A stretch of DNA of 64,000 nt from Octopus vulgaris. Taxonomy: Eukaryota. Position 1 is the first letter of the stretch. Every line of letters starts with the position of its first letter. The translations under genes were made by a program, and so were the position numbers. The stretch is from assembly GCA_951406725.2 (NCBI GenBank), contig OX597816.1:71424001-71488000 (forward strand), written 5' to 3'. The notes under the pieces are model-generated. The model was given only the letters and a program-made list of their open reading frames with translations, was not told the origin of the DNA and searched no databases. This document shows, in pieces, positions 47,814 to 62,742 of the stretch.

Positions 47814-48732
47814 GAGGCGCAATGGCCCAATGGTTAGGGCAGCAGACTGGCAGTCGTAGGATCATGGTTTCGATTCCCGGACTGGGCATTGAGTGTTTAT
47901 TGAGCAAAAACACCCAAAGTTCCATGAGGCTCCAGCAGGGGGAGGTGGCGATCCCTGCTGTACTCTTTCGCCACAACTTTCTATCGTTCTTTCTTCTGTT
48001 GGCCTGCTCGCTTAGCCAGCGGGGTGGCGTCATTTGAAGGCTAAAACAGTGCGAAGCTCATTGTGACCAGCGATGTGTAGCAACATCTGATAGCCTGGTC
48101 GGTCACGGTGATCACAGTGATATATATATATATATATGTATGTATATATATATATATATATATATGTGTAGGAGAGTATTGTAGTTCACTTGAAGCCTTA
48201 TGTATTGTTTGTAAAGAATAAAAAGTTTTGAATGGTACAACAATGCACTATAATACAGACAATGGGCTATATACCTGTTGTAATTTAATCATCATAGTCT
48301 GGTATGATATTTTGGAATAATATTCCTTCTTCAGATATTCTTAGATGGACTCCATCTAAGAATATCTCAAGAAGGAATTTTATTCTGAAATATCATATCA
48401 AGCGATGGTGGGGTGGGGGACAAACACAGAAATACAAACACACACACACACACACACATATACACAACAGGTTTCTTTCAGTTTCCGTCTACCAAATCCA
48501 CTCACAAGGCTACAATAGAAGACTTGCCCAAGGTGCCATGTGGTTGGTAAGCAAGCTACTTAGCACACAGCCACTCATGCACCTATACACATATGAAAAA
48601 ACAAGTCAGGATAGAAAATGCTAAAATAATTTTATAAAGAACATTTCAGTACCGGTTTCAGTCATTGAGACCTTTCCAACTGTAACAATTAAATAATTAA
48701 ATTTAGAAAAATTAAAAGAAAAGTTTTTTTAA

Positions 48733-48776
<44 letters not shown>

Positions 48777-48925
48777 AAGTTTATATATATATACACACTG
48801 CTTGATAACTACGATACATGAAACTCAGTCTATCTATTACTTTTACAACTTTCTGCTAACTGAAAATAAAATGTATCTACATCTATATATGTATATATAC
48901 ATATGTATGCACGTGTATATATACA

Positions 48926-48962
<37 letters not shown>

Positions 48963-49405
48963 ACATATGGTCTAGTGGTTGCACTCACGATTGCTAGATC
49001 ATGGGACTGATCCACAGACTGACCAATCTGTTGTGTTTTTGAGAGTATAAAACTCTGAACTTCATGTTGCTCTGCAATCATTTTGACATTTTGATGTGTG
49101 GCACATTTGAGCACCTGTACAGGTGATGTTGATTTGATGGAGAAAGTGAATTAAGGTACAGCACATACATTCGATCACTTTAAACCAACCATTTATGCAG
49201 GTAGATCAGCAAAAACTGAAAACTCATACATTATCTTCTTATGGGAAATTCCATCGTATATGTATTTAGGAGACAATGAATAGTTATGGATAGAATCTCT
49301 ACAGTGCTACAGACTCTTTGAAAATGCATCTAGTTTATGCTGTAAAATGGTTGGTGATTGTAAGGGTACCAAACATAGAAAACCCGCCAAGAATAATCTT
49401 TTTGA

Positions 49406-49972
49406 AGGCAGCGAGCTGGCAGAAACGTTAGCACGCCAGGCGAAATGCTTAGCGGTATTTCGCCTGCCACTACGTTCTGAGATCAAATTCCACCGAGGTC
49501 GACTTTGCCTTTCATCCTTTCGGGGTCGATTAAATAAGTACCAGTTATGCACTGGGGTCAATGTAATCGACTTAATCCATTTGTCTGTCCTTGTTTGTCC
49601 TTTCTGTGTTTAGTCCCTTGTGGGTAGTAAAGAAATAGGTATTTCATCTGCCGCTACGTTCTGAGTTCAAATTCCACCGAGGTCGACTTTGCCTTTCATC
49701 CTTTCGGGGTTGATTAAATAAGTACCAGTTATGCACTGGGGTCGATATAATCGACTTAATCCGTTTGTTTGTCCTTGTTTGTCCTTTCTGTGTTTAGCCC
49801 CTTGTGCGTAGTAAAGAAATAGGTATTTCATCTGCCGCTACGTTCTGAGTTCAAATTCCGCTGCAGTCAACTTTGCCTTTCATCCTTAAGGGGTCGATCC
49901 AATCAACTTAATCCCTTTGTCTGTCCTTGTTTGTCCCCTCTATGTTTAGCTGCTTGTGGGCAATAAAGAAAT
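49406..49972 (+). mobile_element. Head-to-tail trimer of SINE family D
   Basis: Units restart at ggtatttc 49455, 49638 and 49822; flanked by aagaataatc at 49389 and 49973. Confidence 0.85.
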
Positions 49973-51502
49973 AAGAATAATCCTTTCTACCGTAAGGAGA
50001 AGGCCTGAAATTTTGGTGGAGGGGACAAGTCAATTACGTGAACCCCAGTGTTTCATTGGTACTTAATTTATTGACCCCAAAAGAATGAGAGTCAACCTCA
50101 GTGGAGTTTGAACTCAGAATGTGCAGATGAACGAAATGCCACTAAGCATTTTGCTCGGTGTGCTAATGATTCTGAAGAATAATGTCATACACAATGACAG
50201 AAGAATTAAGTCATGATTTTGGTAGTTGCTATTGTTCCATGTCAAATGACCGAAGACTATGCAGTAGGTGGGGATAAGGGGAAGGTGTGTGACTTGTCTG
50301 ACCGACCTCCATGACAGCATAGGAAAAAAAAACATGACATGATGTAAAATGGTGACAACATACCTGCACCAAGGTAAATGACATCCAACATGGACTTAGA
50401 CACATGTATGTTATCCACTTTTACATATTTTCAGAAAACCCCACCTAGGGAAAATTTGTCATGTTCCATAATGAATCAGACATACAGTCATTAAATAAAC
50501 TCACCCTTTTCCCTCCGGCTCTCATATGTTGTTTTTACATGAACATTAGGTTTGCTTTCGCTGAAGTCAATATTTAGCCATAATAATAATAATAATAATT
50601 AAAAAAAAACAACTTTACTATGTAATTAATAAGTCTGACTTCAGAATTTTTATGATATAAAGATCTCAATAGAAAAAACATCATTCTGTGTGGCATAACT
50701 AGTGAAAGCATTTAGTTATATTTATTTACTTACTGCAAATAATTCAATATATTTTAAAGAGATAAAAATGAAGCTGTCAGACATAAACCACCACTGCCGC
50801 CACCACCACTATTATTTTTTTGATTTATTTCTGTGAAATATTTTCTTCAGAGAATTTTTCTGTTTATTTTTCTATTAATTTAAACATGTTTCTTTGACAA
50901 TTCACGCAGGTCTGTTGTGTATATATATATATCGATGTCTATATCTATATCGACATCTGCTTCTGATTCAATGTAATCACACTGTTATTGTAATCTTATT
51001 CTATTGTGTTATAGTGATGTAGGCCATGATATGAACTCTATAAGCATCATTATTATTATTATTATTATTTTATTATCATAACAGCAAGTTGGTAGAATTG
51101 CTAGCATTTCGTTTATCTTTAGGTCTTGAGTTCAAATTCTACCAAAGTTGACTTGTCTTTCAGGGTCAATAAAATAAGTACTCATTGAATACTGGAGGTC
51201 AATCTAATTAACAGTTCTGCAAAAGAAACTAATAAAATAAGTACCACAGCCAAACTTGCTATCCATCCTTCCAAGGTCAATAAAATAAAGTACCAGTCAT
51301 GTACTAGGGCTTATATAAATTGACTATTTGCACCTGCTCAAATTCCAGGCCTTGCATTTATGTTAGAAACAATCACCATAAACAGCAATGAACTGGTTGA
51401 ATCATTACAGAAGCAGACAAAATTCCTTGCAGTATATATTTTGTCTCTTTACATTCTGAGTTCAAATCCCACTGAAGTCAACTTTATCTTTTTTCTCTCT
51501 AC

Positions 51503-51965
51503 GCTCTCTTTTACTTGTTTTTGTCATTTGACTGCGGCCATGCTGGAGCACTGCCTTTTGTCGAGCAAAGTGACCCCAGGACTTATTCTTTGTAAGCCTA
51601 GCACTTATTCTATCGGTCTCTTTTGCCAAACCGCTAAGTTACAGCGACGTAAACACGCCAGCATCAGTTGTCAAGCAATGTTGGGGGCACAAACACAGAC
51701 ACACAAACGTATACATACACACACACACATATATATATATATATACATATATATGACGGGCTTCTTTCAGTTTCCGTCCACCAAATCCACTCACAAGGCT
51801 TTGGTCGGACCAAGGCTACAGTAGAAGACACTTGTCCAAGGTGCCATGCAGTGGGACTGAACCCGGAACCATGTGGTTGGTAAGCAAGCTACTTACCACA
51901 CACACATACATATACATATATACGACGGGCTTCTTTCAGTTTCTGTCTACCAAATCCACTCACAT
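51503..51965 (-). mobile_element. SINE family A plus adjacent fragment
   Basis: Family alignment; further copies at about 16105-16382(+), 36530-36920(+), 41030-41390(+), 41420-41590(-), 53948-54248(-), 55680-56060(-), 61040-61370(+). Confidence 0.8.
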
Positions 51966-52519
51966 AAATGCGTGTGAGCAGGAGAGAGAGAGAGAGAGAG
52001 TATTTCTTTATTCACCATAGGGTTGAGAAATAGAGGGGACGATACAAGGACAGACAAAACAAACATTGGGGTCAGGGTATCGAATGAGACGAAACGTATG
52101 AATAAACAAACAGTTAAAATATATACAATTAAATGAGAATGAGTGATTTACAAAAAAATGAAGCGGAGGACGCGGTTGACCCTACAAACCACATACTCAC
52201 ACTGAAGACTTTCCTTTCTCCTTTATTATATTCTCATTTAAACATGTTTTTTCACTCGCATCATACTTGCTATATACTTCCATCTTTCACGAAACACACT
52301 TTGCAACAGGCATTTCTTCTCCAGTCTTATTTTCCGTTTCATGTGGAAAACGAAAAAGTCGATTAGCTCGAGACTGGAGATGAACATGCCCGTTGCAATT
52401 CCTTTCACTCTAAGTGAAATGAAGGGAGAAAGAGGTGTTACATCTGTTACATCTAACACATTCGGCTAATATGCATAAATATATGAACCATACATGCATC
52501 ATTATACAAACAAACAAAA

Positions 52520-52850
52520 AATTCCATATATCACACATACACACACACACACATATATATATACACACACACACATATATACAGACATATGCACAGACAT
52601 ATACACATACATACACAGACACACACACACATATATATATATACACACACACAACACACACATATATATATACATACAGACAGACAGACACATACACACA
52701 CACACACATATATATATATACTTACATATACACATATACATGCATATGCACATATATACATACATACAGAAACACACACACACATATATATATACATACA
52801 TATATATTTATACATACATGCATATATGCACACATACACATATAATACAT
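52520..52850. repeat. (CA/TA)n compound microsatellite (similar at 23760-24690 and 45555-46100)
   Basis: Direct reading. Confidence 0.9.
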
Positions 52851-55800
52851 ATATTTAGTATTTTAAAGATCTCTTTTATACATAATGGTCTTTTAAATAG
52901 TATATATTATGAGTGTGAGTATGTGTGTATGTATAGATATATGTCTGTGTGTGTATAGAATTTTATAGAAACTGAAGAACTTCACAATCTGTTACTCAGA
53001 GTTACTCTTTATTTGATACTATGAGAACATTAGCAGAAAAATCCAGTGTGTATGTTCCCATTTCCAGCTGTTTCAACTGTGTGTGTGTGTGAGTCTGCAT
53101 GTGTGTGTTGTTTTCTTTTGTAGTGGATTATTAAAATGTATGTAAATTTAAAGTAGTAAAACCAAAAAAAAAAAAATTTAAATTAAAAAAATTTTGTTTT
53201 TCTGTTCCAAGAAATTTAAACATTATTTTAAATAAAATAACATTTATGGAGAATTTTTCCAATTCTTATTCAAAAATTGCCATTAACTAAGTCTTTTATT
53301 ACCTGGTCAATACTGGTTGAGCATTGGATAAATTGCTTTGCGATACTTTGTTCTGGCTTTTTACATACTGAGTTCAAATCCTATCAAAACCAACTTCACT
53401 TTTCATCTCTCTGGGGATGATGAAGTAATGTGTCAGTGAAACACTGGGGTTAATGGTATCATTTGACCAAGTCCCCACAAATTTCAGCCCTTGTGTCAGA
53501 AACTTGGGAGAGGAAGTTAATCAATACTATAAAATTTCTTTATAGTATCTCCTCTGGTTCTTTATATTCTGGGTTCGAATTTAGCCAAGGACAAATTTGC
53601 TTTACATCCTTCCACAGTTGATAAAAGCACCAGTCAAGTACTGGACTTGATGTAATTGTCTGACTCCCTTCTCTCAAAATTCTGATGCTTGTGCTTAAAT
53701 TGGACGCTATTACAAAAATGGTAAGTAAGCAGAACCATTAGCATTCTTTATGTCCTGACTTCAAATCATGTTGAGGTCAACATTGCATTTTATGTCTCTA
53801 GGGTCAATAAAATAAACTACCAGCCTAGTACTGGAGGCAAAGGTGTATGGCCTAATGGTTAGGTTGCTGTTCTCATGATTTCAGGATTGTGATTTCAATT
53901 CCTGGATCAGGTACTGCATTGTGTTCTTGAGCAAAACAGTTCATGCTCCACCTTTAGTCAAGCAAATCGACCCCAGGACTTATTCTTTGTAAGCCTAGTA
54001 CTTATTCTATCAGTCTCTTTTGCCGAACCACTAAGATACGGGGACGTAAACACACCAGCGATGTTGGGGGGGAGACAAACACAGACACACAAACACACAC
54101 ATACAGTTTCTGTTTACCAAATCCACTCACAAGGCTTTGGTCGGACCGAGGCTATAGTAGAAGACACGTGTCCAAGGTGCCACGCAGTGGGACTGAACCC
54201 GGAACCATGTGGTTGGTAAGCAAGCTACTTACCACACAGCCATTCCTACATTAAAATACAGTAAATAATAATTTGTATTATTTACTTCTATCAGTTTGTA
54301 TTTCTGAGTTCCCTTCCAGGGCTCATGAAACAAAGAACCAGTCAATTAGACAAATGCAACCATGATTTGCAATCATGTGGCTGTGCTTGAATGTCCACTG
54401 TAATTGTGTCAATGGTAAAAATCATTATAATGATTGTTGTTATTGTTGTAGTAGTTTAGTCCAAGATCAATGTAGACTGAGCAGACCTATGATCAAAGGC
54501 TTTCCAGCCATGACTGCCATGCCTTTTTTCTATGCAGAATCCAAGATCATATTATAAAAATATGCTTTTCAAGATGCAAGGGTGTATGAAGTAAAGGAGA
54601 TTTAGTCATAAATGCTCCCTCATTAACTTGAAATTATAATTGTAATCACATGCTGGTGGCATGTGAAACATTCAAGCGAGGTCATCGCCAGTGCCGCTGG
54701 ACTGACTCCTGTGCAGGTGGCACGTAAAAAGCACCATTTGGGCATGGCCTTTGCCAGTACCACCAAACTGGCCTTCGTGCCGGTGGCACGTAAAAGCACC
54801 CACTACACTCTTGGAGTGGTTGGCGTTAGGAAGGGCATCCAGCTGTAGAAACTCTGCCAGATCAAATTGGAGTCTGGTTCGTCAGACCTCAGTCAAATCG
54901 CCCAACCCATGCTAGCATGGAAAGCGGATGTTAAATGATGATGATGATTAAGGTTTGCAAATGGCAGAATCACTAGAGTCCAATAGAAGTCACTTTAGTT
55001 TCGAGCATGTAGATACATACTCTTACATTCTGAGTTCAAATCTTGCCAAAGTCAACTTTACCTTTTTACCCAATCTGGATTTTTGAAAGAAAGTACTAGT
55101 TATTTACTGTTGGTACAGGCATGTAACCTGGTGGTTAGGGTGTTGCACTCTTTGTCATAAGAGCATGGTTTCAATTCCTGAACTGGGTGGTATGTTGCAT
55201 TCTTGAGCAAAGCACTCCATATTATGTTGCTCCACTTCTCCATAAATGAGACTGAGCCATAATGGCTTGGAAGTTAACCCTGTGATGGACCAGCATCTCA
55301 TTCAGTCAGGGAGCATTGTAATCTTAGTCCCTTAAATGACATGGAAACTGGATTAAGGTCCAGCCTTCTAAGTATAAGGGGTCAAGACAGTCTCTAACCT
55401 ATGTACTATGGGTGATGAATACTACGTAATTGTAATACCATACATGTGACAATGTTAGAGATCCTTAATATCATAACTTAATATATTATAATTAGATATT
55501 TAACCCTAGGTTAGCTGTGATGGTCCAGTCATGGCCATCTTGTCTTTTTCTAAAGATTGTAAGCTGTGTGATTTGAGGAGATTTGATTGCTATTTCTAGC
55601 AAAGTGAGTGGTTACATATAAGCTCCTGCTTTGGCTCATACATATTAGGTATTGTTACTACCCAGTAGTTTTTGTTTTAACTTTTATCTTTTACTTGTTT
55701 CAATCATTGGACTGTGGCCATGCTGAGGCACCACCACAAAGGGCTTAGTTGAACAAATCACCCTCAATACTTACTCTTTCAGTTTCCTTTGCCAAAATGC

Positions 55801-55870
55801 TATCTTATGGGGATGTAAACAAACCAAGACCAGTTGTCAAGTGGTGGAAGGAACAAATACAAAGACACGT

Positions 55871-55907
<37 letters not shown>

Positions 55908-57191
55908 TGATGGGTTTCACAGTGTCCATCTGCCAAATTCACTCACAAGGCTTTGGTCAGCCCAGGGCTATAGTAGAAAATGCTTGCCCAAGGTGCTGTG
56001 TAATGGGACTGAACCTAAAGCAACGTGGTTGCAAAGCAGGCTTCTCAAACCCACAGCTTTATGTCTTTATGCTTCCTTAAGTGAAGATGCAGTTGTCAAT
56101 TAGTTGCATAAAAAAAAAATGAAGCTTAAAACCCGGGGGCAAAATGTCAACATTTTCAGTGTACTTGTATAAGATCTGACTGAAAGGACCCCCTTCAGTC
56201 ATGAATCACCATGGGATTACACTTAGAAAGTTCCCCTCTGAGGCACAAGTGCAGGTAAGGTTGTTTATAGAAGACCAACAGTCGCCCATACATACCAGCC
56301 TCTCCTCTCCACGCCACCGATGTTATCCCAGGGAAAGGCAAAGGGGCCGATACAGCTTGGCATCAGTGATGTCGCAACTCCTTTTGATTGCTGAGTGAAT
56401 TGGAGCAACGTGAAATAAAGTGTCTTGCTTAAGAACACAACACACAGCTCAGTCCAGAAATCAAACTCACTACTTCATGATTGCGAGTCCATCGCTTTAA
56501 CCACTGAGCCATGCACCTTCATTGCAAGACCGATGCTCTAACTGAATTGTATCAAACTAATGAAAAAGAAAAAGCACAAAAAAAAAAAAAATGCCACCTT
56601 GGAGCACAAGGAAAATGGAAATGCATTTTAGTGTACAATTACAGATTGAATCAAACTGGAGAAAAAAAACCCTTTAAAATACAAGCAAAATATGAAAACA
56701 ATTCATTGTATTTGTATCATATTTGATGGCATATAAAATGCACTTTTTAAAAAAAAAGTCTCAAAGGAAAAAAAAAACCCCCACCCAGGGTCTTATATTT
56801 GAAGCCGGGCTTTCCCTAAGCTAGTTTTTTTCCCCACCTGATGCTGTAATCAATGTAGGATATTTTCACTCTTGTGATCCTTTGTTTTATGTTCATTTGC
56901 ACTGCTGCCTTTTTATACATAGTAATGCTTTCTGTTATGGCTAAGATTCTTTTGTAATGTTTTTCAATATATTGCTGGATTACTTTAGGTATTACATGCA
57001 CTAATGCACTAAAATGTTTTTTTTCCTTGAATACATGCGGCTGAAATTAGCGTGTCTGTTATGCCTGTATGATTTTTTTTTTATGCCATCAAATACTGTA
57101 AGGTGATAACCAAACAGACAAATTGAACTGAAAATTGAACTGGGAGGAAAAACAAAAATACAGATGGAATGGAAATTTTTAACAACCTTAC

Positions 57192-57570
57192 CAGAATCTC
57201 AATAGAAAATAATAGGTCCACAGAAAACAGAAAAATTTATCCATTGGCCATTGGAAAAGGCAATATAAAATCCTTTGGAAACGCACAAAAATTATATGTT
57301 TATATGTTCGGATGTTGGATATAAATGACAAGTGTGTTGTCTTTGAAATAATAATAATAAATAAATAAATAAATAAATACAGGCTTGCCCCCTTATATTG
57401 ACCTCAATACTTGCTGAATCTCTTATTTAAGTATTACGTCAAGACAAAGGAAGTTGGCTTTTCCTGTTTGTTGGTTGGTTGTAACTAAGAGAGATATGTA
57501 ACATATTGGAAGAACAATGGATTCGTTACTGCTACTACTACTACTACAACTACTACTCTATAAGAGAGTG
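57192..57570 (-). other. Candidate non-coding first (5'UTR) exon of the PLPPR-like gene
   Basis: The ATG exon has an acceptor, so an upstream exon is required. Non-repetitive block ending in minus-strand donor CTG|gtaagg at 57191. Upstream boundary is a guess. Confidence 0.3.
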
Positions 57571-60500
57571 GCAGAGGAAAATATATATAAATATATATAT
57601 CAGGAATATGGTAGGAAATTCCTAGTAGATGATGTCAACAAAGAGACTATATTTAGGAGAATGTCAGCTGTCTTGATGCAGAAGTGGTGTGTTATAAAAA
57701 CTGAGTTGACCATCAATCCAGTCACTTCCCAAGTATTTGTCATTTTCATATACACCACGAAATTCTGGTTTACCAAAACAACCACTGGTATCTGGTTTAC
57801 CAAACCAATGACCATCATTTCGACTCATGCCATGGCATTATATATTACAACTCGATGCAACCCCCAAAAACTGGTTCACTGATCAACATCATTAGACTGT
57901 GGCTGGCATAATGAAATCGGAGTTTTATTTGCTTATTTCAAAACATTTCCGGCAAACAAATTTAAAAGATATATATATCATCATCATTGTTTAACGTCCG
58001 TTTTCCATGCTAGAATGGGTTGGACAGTTCGACCGGGGTCTGGGAAGCCAGGTGGCTGCACCAGGCTCCAGTCTGATCTGGCAGTGTTTCTACAGCTGGA
58101 TGCCCTTCCTAATGCCAACCACTCTGTGACTGTAGTGGGTGCTTTTTACGTGCCACCGACACAGGTGCCAGGGTAGCATGGCAACGGCCACGATTGGTTG
58201 GTGCTTTTTACGTACTACTGGCACGGAAGCCAGTCAAGGTGGCGCTGGCATTGGCCACGTATGGATGGTGATTTTTAGGTGCCACTGGCACAGGTGTCAG
58301 GGTAGGCTGGCAACTGCCACGAATGGTTGGTGCTTTTTACGTGCAAATGTACATGGTCAAAATACAAATATGTCAAATTCTCCATAGCTTGAAATATTAC
58401 GAACTGCCTAAATTGATTTCTGTCTTCTTGTTGGGGGTTGGAAATTATTAAGGTGTTTACATCACTTGACCAATCCCAGAGAAATAAGTCACCAATCCAT
58501 TTATGTACACATCAAATCTAATGCCTCCAGGGGATTGCAGCTACGAACTTACATACTATAAGGGTTTAGCACATTGCTTAATAATCAGAGACCTGTCAAC
58601 ACACATTGCATACATACATACATACATACACTACATACACATATACGTACACTACACACACACATGCATTACATATATCATCATCATCATCATCATAATC
58701 ATCATCATCATCGTTTAACGTCCGTTTTCCATGCTAGCATGAGTTGGACGGTTTGACCAGGGTCTGGGAAGCCAGGCTTCAATCTGATCTAGCAGTGTTT
58801 CTATGGCTGGATGCCCTTCCTAACACCAACCACTCTGTGAGTGTAGTGGGTGCTTTTTACATGCCACCGGCACAGGGGCTGGAGGAGGCTGGCAAACGGC
58901 CACAATTGGTTGGTGTTTTTTATGTGTCACCGACACAGACGCCAGTCAGACGGTGCTGGCATCAGCAACGTTCGGATGGTGCTTTTAACGTGCCACCGGT
59001 ACGGGTATCATAACTACTATTTCCATTTGATTTTTATTTTGATGTTGGTGTTTACGTACTTGACTCAATAGGTCTCCTCAAGCACAATGGGTCACTCTAC
59101 GATCCAAGGTTAGCACAGCAGGCCATCCTGCGAGCCATGAACTCACTTCATTTGTCGGGTATATATGTTTGTATATAAACCCAAATGACAAGAGTCTTCT
59201 GTTTTGCGGTACTTGTTCTATCTCTCTGCATTCTGATTTCGAATATTGCCAAGGTAAACTTAGTCTTCCATCCTTTATTTTATCTGGTGGGTGTTGGTAG
59301 GGGATAGGTCACAAACCCCCCCCACCCCCCAAAAAACCAGTTGGCAAGGACATGATGCTTCATGGTTCTTTGTTTTCTGACAGCAATTCCTGCAATGACA
59401 CTGATGCCAAGCCGCATCAGCTTTTCAGGAAAGTGTTTGTCTTGGATAATTCTGGTGGTACAGAGAAGAGAAACTTACATGCATGGTCAAACGCTAATCT
59501 TTTATAAAAAGTGTTGCTCAGGTTACATTCATCTTTTTTGGCTGTGTGTCAGTCTGTCTATCTAATTACTTTTTCCTTGTTGTGCATTGTGAGGCAGGAC
59601 CATCATGAGCTACAAGGCACTGTAGGACTCTTTTTATCCAAGCTTACATAGTAAAGCAGAAGCTGTTTGTCACACACACACATGTGCATACAAATACTCA
59701 TATACACACAAACTTGCATACACACACACACAGAGGAACAGGGAAAATGGGTCAAGCCTAAGTATACATACAATGACAAAACTCAGTAGATCCAGTTTAA
59801 GTATGGAGTGATAGACTTGTAGTAATGAGAGGAGGTCCTTGATAAGGTGGTATATAACAACAAGAAAAAAAAACCTCAAGACAATTCAAATGATTAGCTA
59901 ATTGATTAAATTAGTCAACTAGTTGACCAATAATTGCTTCTAATTTATGTACAAGGCCAGCAGTTTTGAAGAGGTCATATGATGAAAACAACTCTGGTAA
60001 TTGATGACTACTAGATTTCATTGACTCTGGAGAGATGAAAAGCAAAGCTGACCCTGACATGATTTGAACTCAGTATGTAAAGAGTTGAACCAAATGCTCC
60101 AAAGCAGTTTTTTCTTATGTTATAATGCTTCTGCCATTCCATTACCCTAACTTGTTGACTACTAATTATGGATTCAAATTTTGACACAAAGACCAGCAAT
60201 TCTAGAAGAGGGACATAATCACTTACATTGTCCTCAGTAGTGCTCAAATGGTACTTATTAACCATGAAAAGATAAAAGACAAGATTGACCCTGGAGGAAT
60301 TTGAATTCAGAAAGTTGAAAATCAGAGGAATTACTAAGAATTTTATATAATACACCAACAATTCTTCTAACTTAACACCTTTACACCAAGGGCAACAATG
60401 ATAATAAACCAAGGCATTACATTTTTTGGGGAGGGGACATGTTGATTATATCAACCCCAGTGTTTCACTGGTAATTTAAAGACCCCAAAAGGCTGAAAGG

Positions 60501-61367
60501 CAAAGTCAACCTTGGCGGAACTTGAACTCAGAACATGACAGGCAAAATACTGCTAAGCATTTCGTCCAGTATGTTAACAGTTCTGCCAGCTTGTCACCTC
60601 AATAATAATAATCCTTTCTATTGTAGGCACAGGGCCTGAAATTTGGAGAAGGGGACACTCAATTTCACTGATCCCAGTATTTCACTGGTACTTGATTTAT
60701 CAACACTGAAAGAATGAAAGGAAAAGTTGACCTCGGCAAAATTTGAACTCAGAACATAAAGACAGACAAAATGTCGCTAAACATTTTTCCCGGCATGCTA
60801 ACAATTCTGCCTGCTCACTACCTTAATAATAATAATAATAGTAATAATAATAATAATTATTATTATTATTATTGAGTGAGAGGGCAGTGCATGCTAGCAA
60901 AGTGACACTGGGGTAAAATATACGAAGCCCAGTAAACCCATTGTGACTACCTGTCTGATAAAGGTACATCAGGCACATGCATCACAACCATATGTACATG
61001 ACATGGTGATATCATATCAAGATAAATAGTGCATGACCTGTGTGGCACCTTGGGCAAGTGTCTTCTACTATAGCATCAGGCCGACCAAAGCCTTGTGAGT
61101 GGATTTGGTAGATGGAAACTGAAAGAAGCCCCTTGTATATATGTATGCGTGTGTATATGTTTGTGTCTCTGTGTTTGTCCCACCAACATTGCTTGGCAAC
61201 TGATGGTGGTGTGTTTATGTCCCTGTAACTTAGCAGTTTGGCAAAAGTGACTGATTGAAATAAGTACTAGGCTTCCAAAGAATAAGTCCTGGGGTCGATT
61301 TGCTTGACTAAAGGTGGTGCTCCAGCATGGCCATAGTCATATGACTGAAACAAGTAAAAGAGTAAAA

Positions 61368-61407
<40 letters not shown>

Positions 61408-62742
61408 CCTGGATGGGATGCTTGTCCATCACAGAATTACTCATTTTTAGACTGCTGAATGGATTGGAAGAATGTGTAATGAGCACAAGAACACAATGCG
61501 TTGCCTGGTCCAGGAATTGAAACAACAATCTTATGATCATGAGTCCAACACCCTAACCACTAAGCCATGCTCCTCCACACTTGACCAAACTGCTGCACCA
61601 TGAGATTGAACCGAGGGCTAGGTAGTTATGAAGCAAACTTCTTAACTAAAAGCTATAGCTGCATCATTTTAAATATGAAAAGAACTTAAAATGTTGACAT
61701 TTTTATAATCCATTTGATAAATGGCATTGAAAGATTGAAAACAATTTTGTTTCTCTGTGAAGAATGGAATTTAATTAATATCAATAAATCGGGAAGGAAT
61801 TCCAAAAATGGTAATTTCAAAGCAACACACTCCTGTTTAAACCAGGATGGCATTGAAAAAAAAAAAAAGAAAAAAGAAAAAAAATCTATGATGATTTGAT
61901 GGTTTTGGTGAAGGTGATGGTAAGAGAAGTTAATAATTATTGTGATAATGATAGCTAAAGTGGTGATAATAATGAGGATAATGGGTTCTGGGAGGATATT
62001 TAAAGTGATGATGATGATGATGATGATGATGTGATGTGATAGTGGTGATGATGTGGATGATAATGGTGTTTATATTGATGTCAACATGATATCTCATATA
62101 AATCTTGTGATAACATTCATATCTCTTCCTTTTCCAAGGCCCTTCATTACTTCACATGCCACAATCTATATCTATTTATTTGTGTGTGTGTGTGTGCGTG
62201 CGCGCGTATACATAGACATTAAAGGTGACTAATTACAAGAATGAAGTCCCAGACATCACTCAGAAAATCTGTGCCAAAGTTAGTTCCCTCCTCCTGTATA
62301 CTTGAACCGTTTTAAAAGGTTTTATGCCTGTCTAACTCTGAAGACACTGTTTCCACTGTGTATATAAAGCTGGAAAGGGTTTACAAAGCAATACAAATCA
62401 AAGGTTATAAGTTAAATAGTAAAAATAGAAACAACACGAAAATATGTTTAAAGATTCCTTTTATATTTGTTACATTGAGTGGCTTTTATAAAATATTACC
62501 AGGTTCAATGTACATGTCCATCTTATCAAATATCAAAAATTCAAAGTCAAAATTAGGAAGTAAAAAAGAATTAGGAAATAAGAAATAAATTAGAAATTAA
62601 AAACAGTTCGTTATCATATTCTGTGTGCAGTTAAGAATGCATCGAATCTAGTAATATTTTACAAAAGTCATTTAATGGAAAAAATATAAAACAATCTATA
62701 AACATACTTTCGTGCTCCTTCCACCTTTACTTTTTAACTATG

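Noticed and set aside
57517-57882. 121-aa plus-strand ORF with Leu-rich start
   Set aside because: The Leu run comes from (CTA)n; no recognisable domain.
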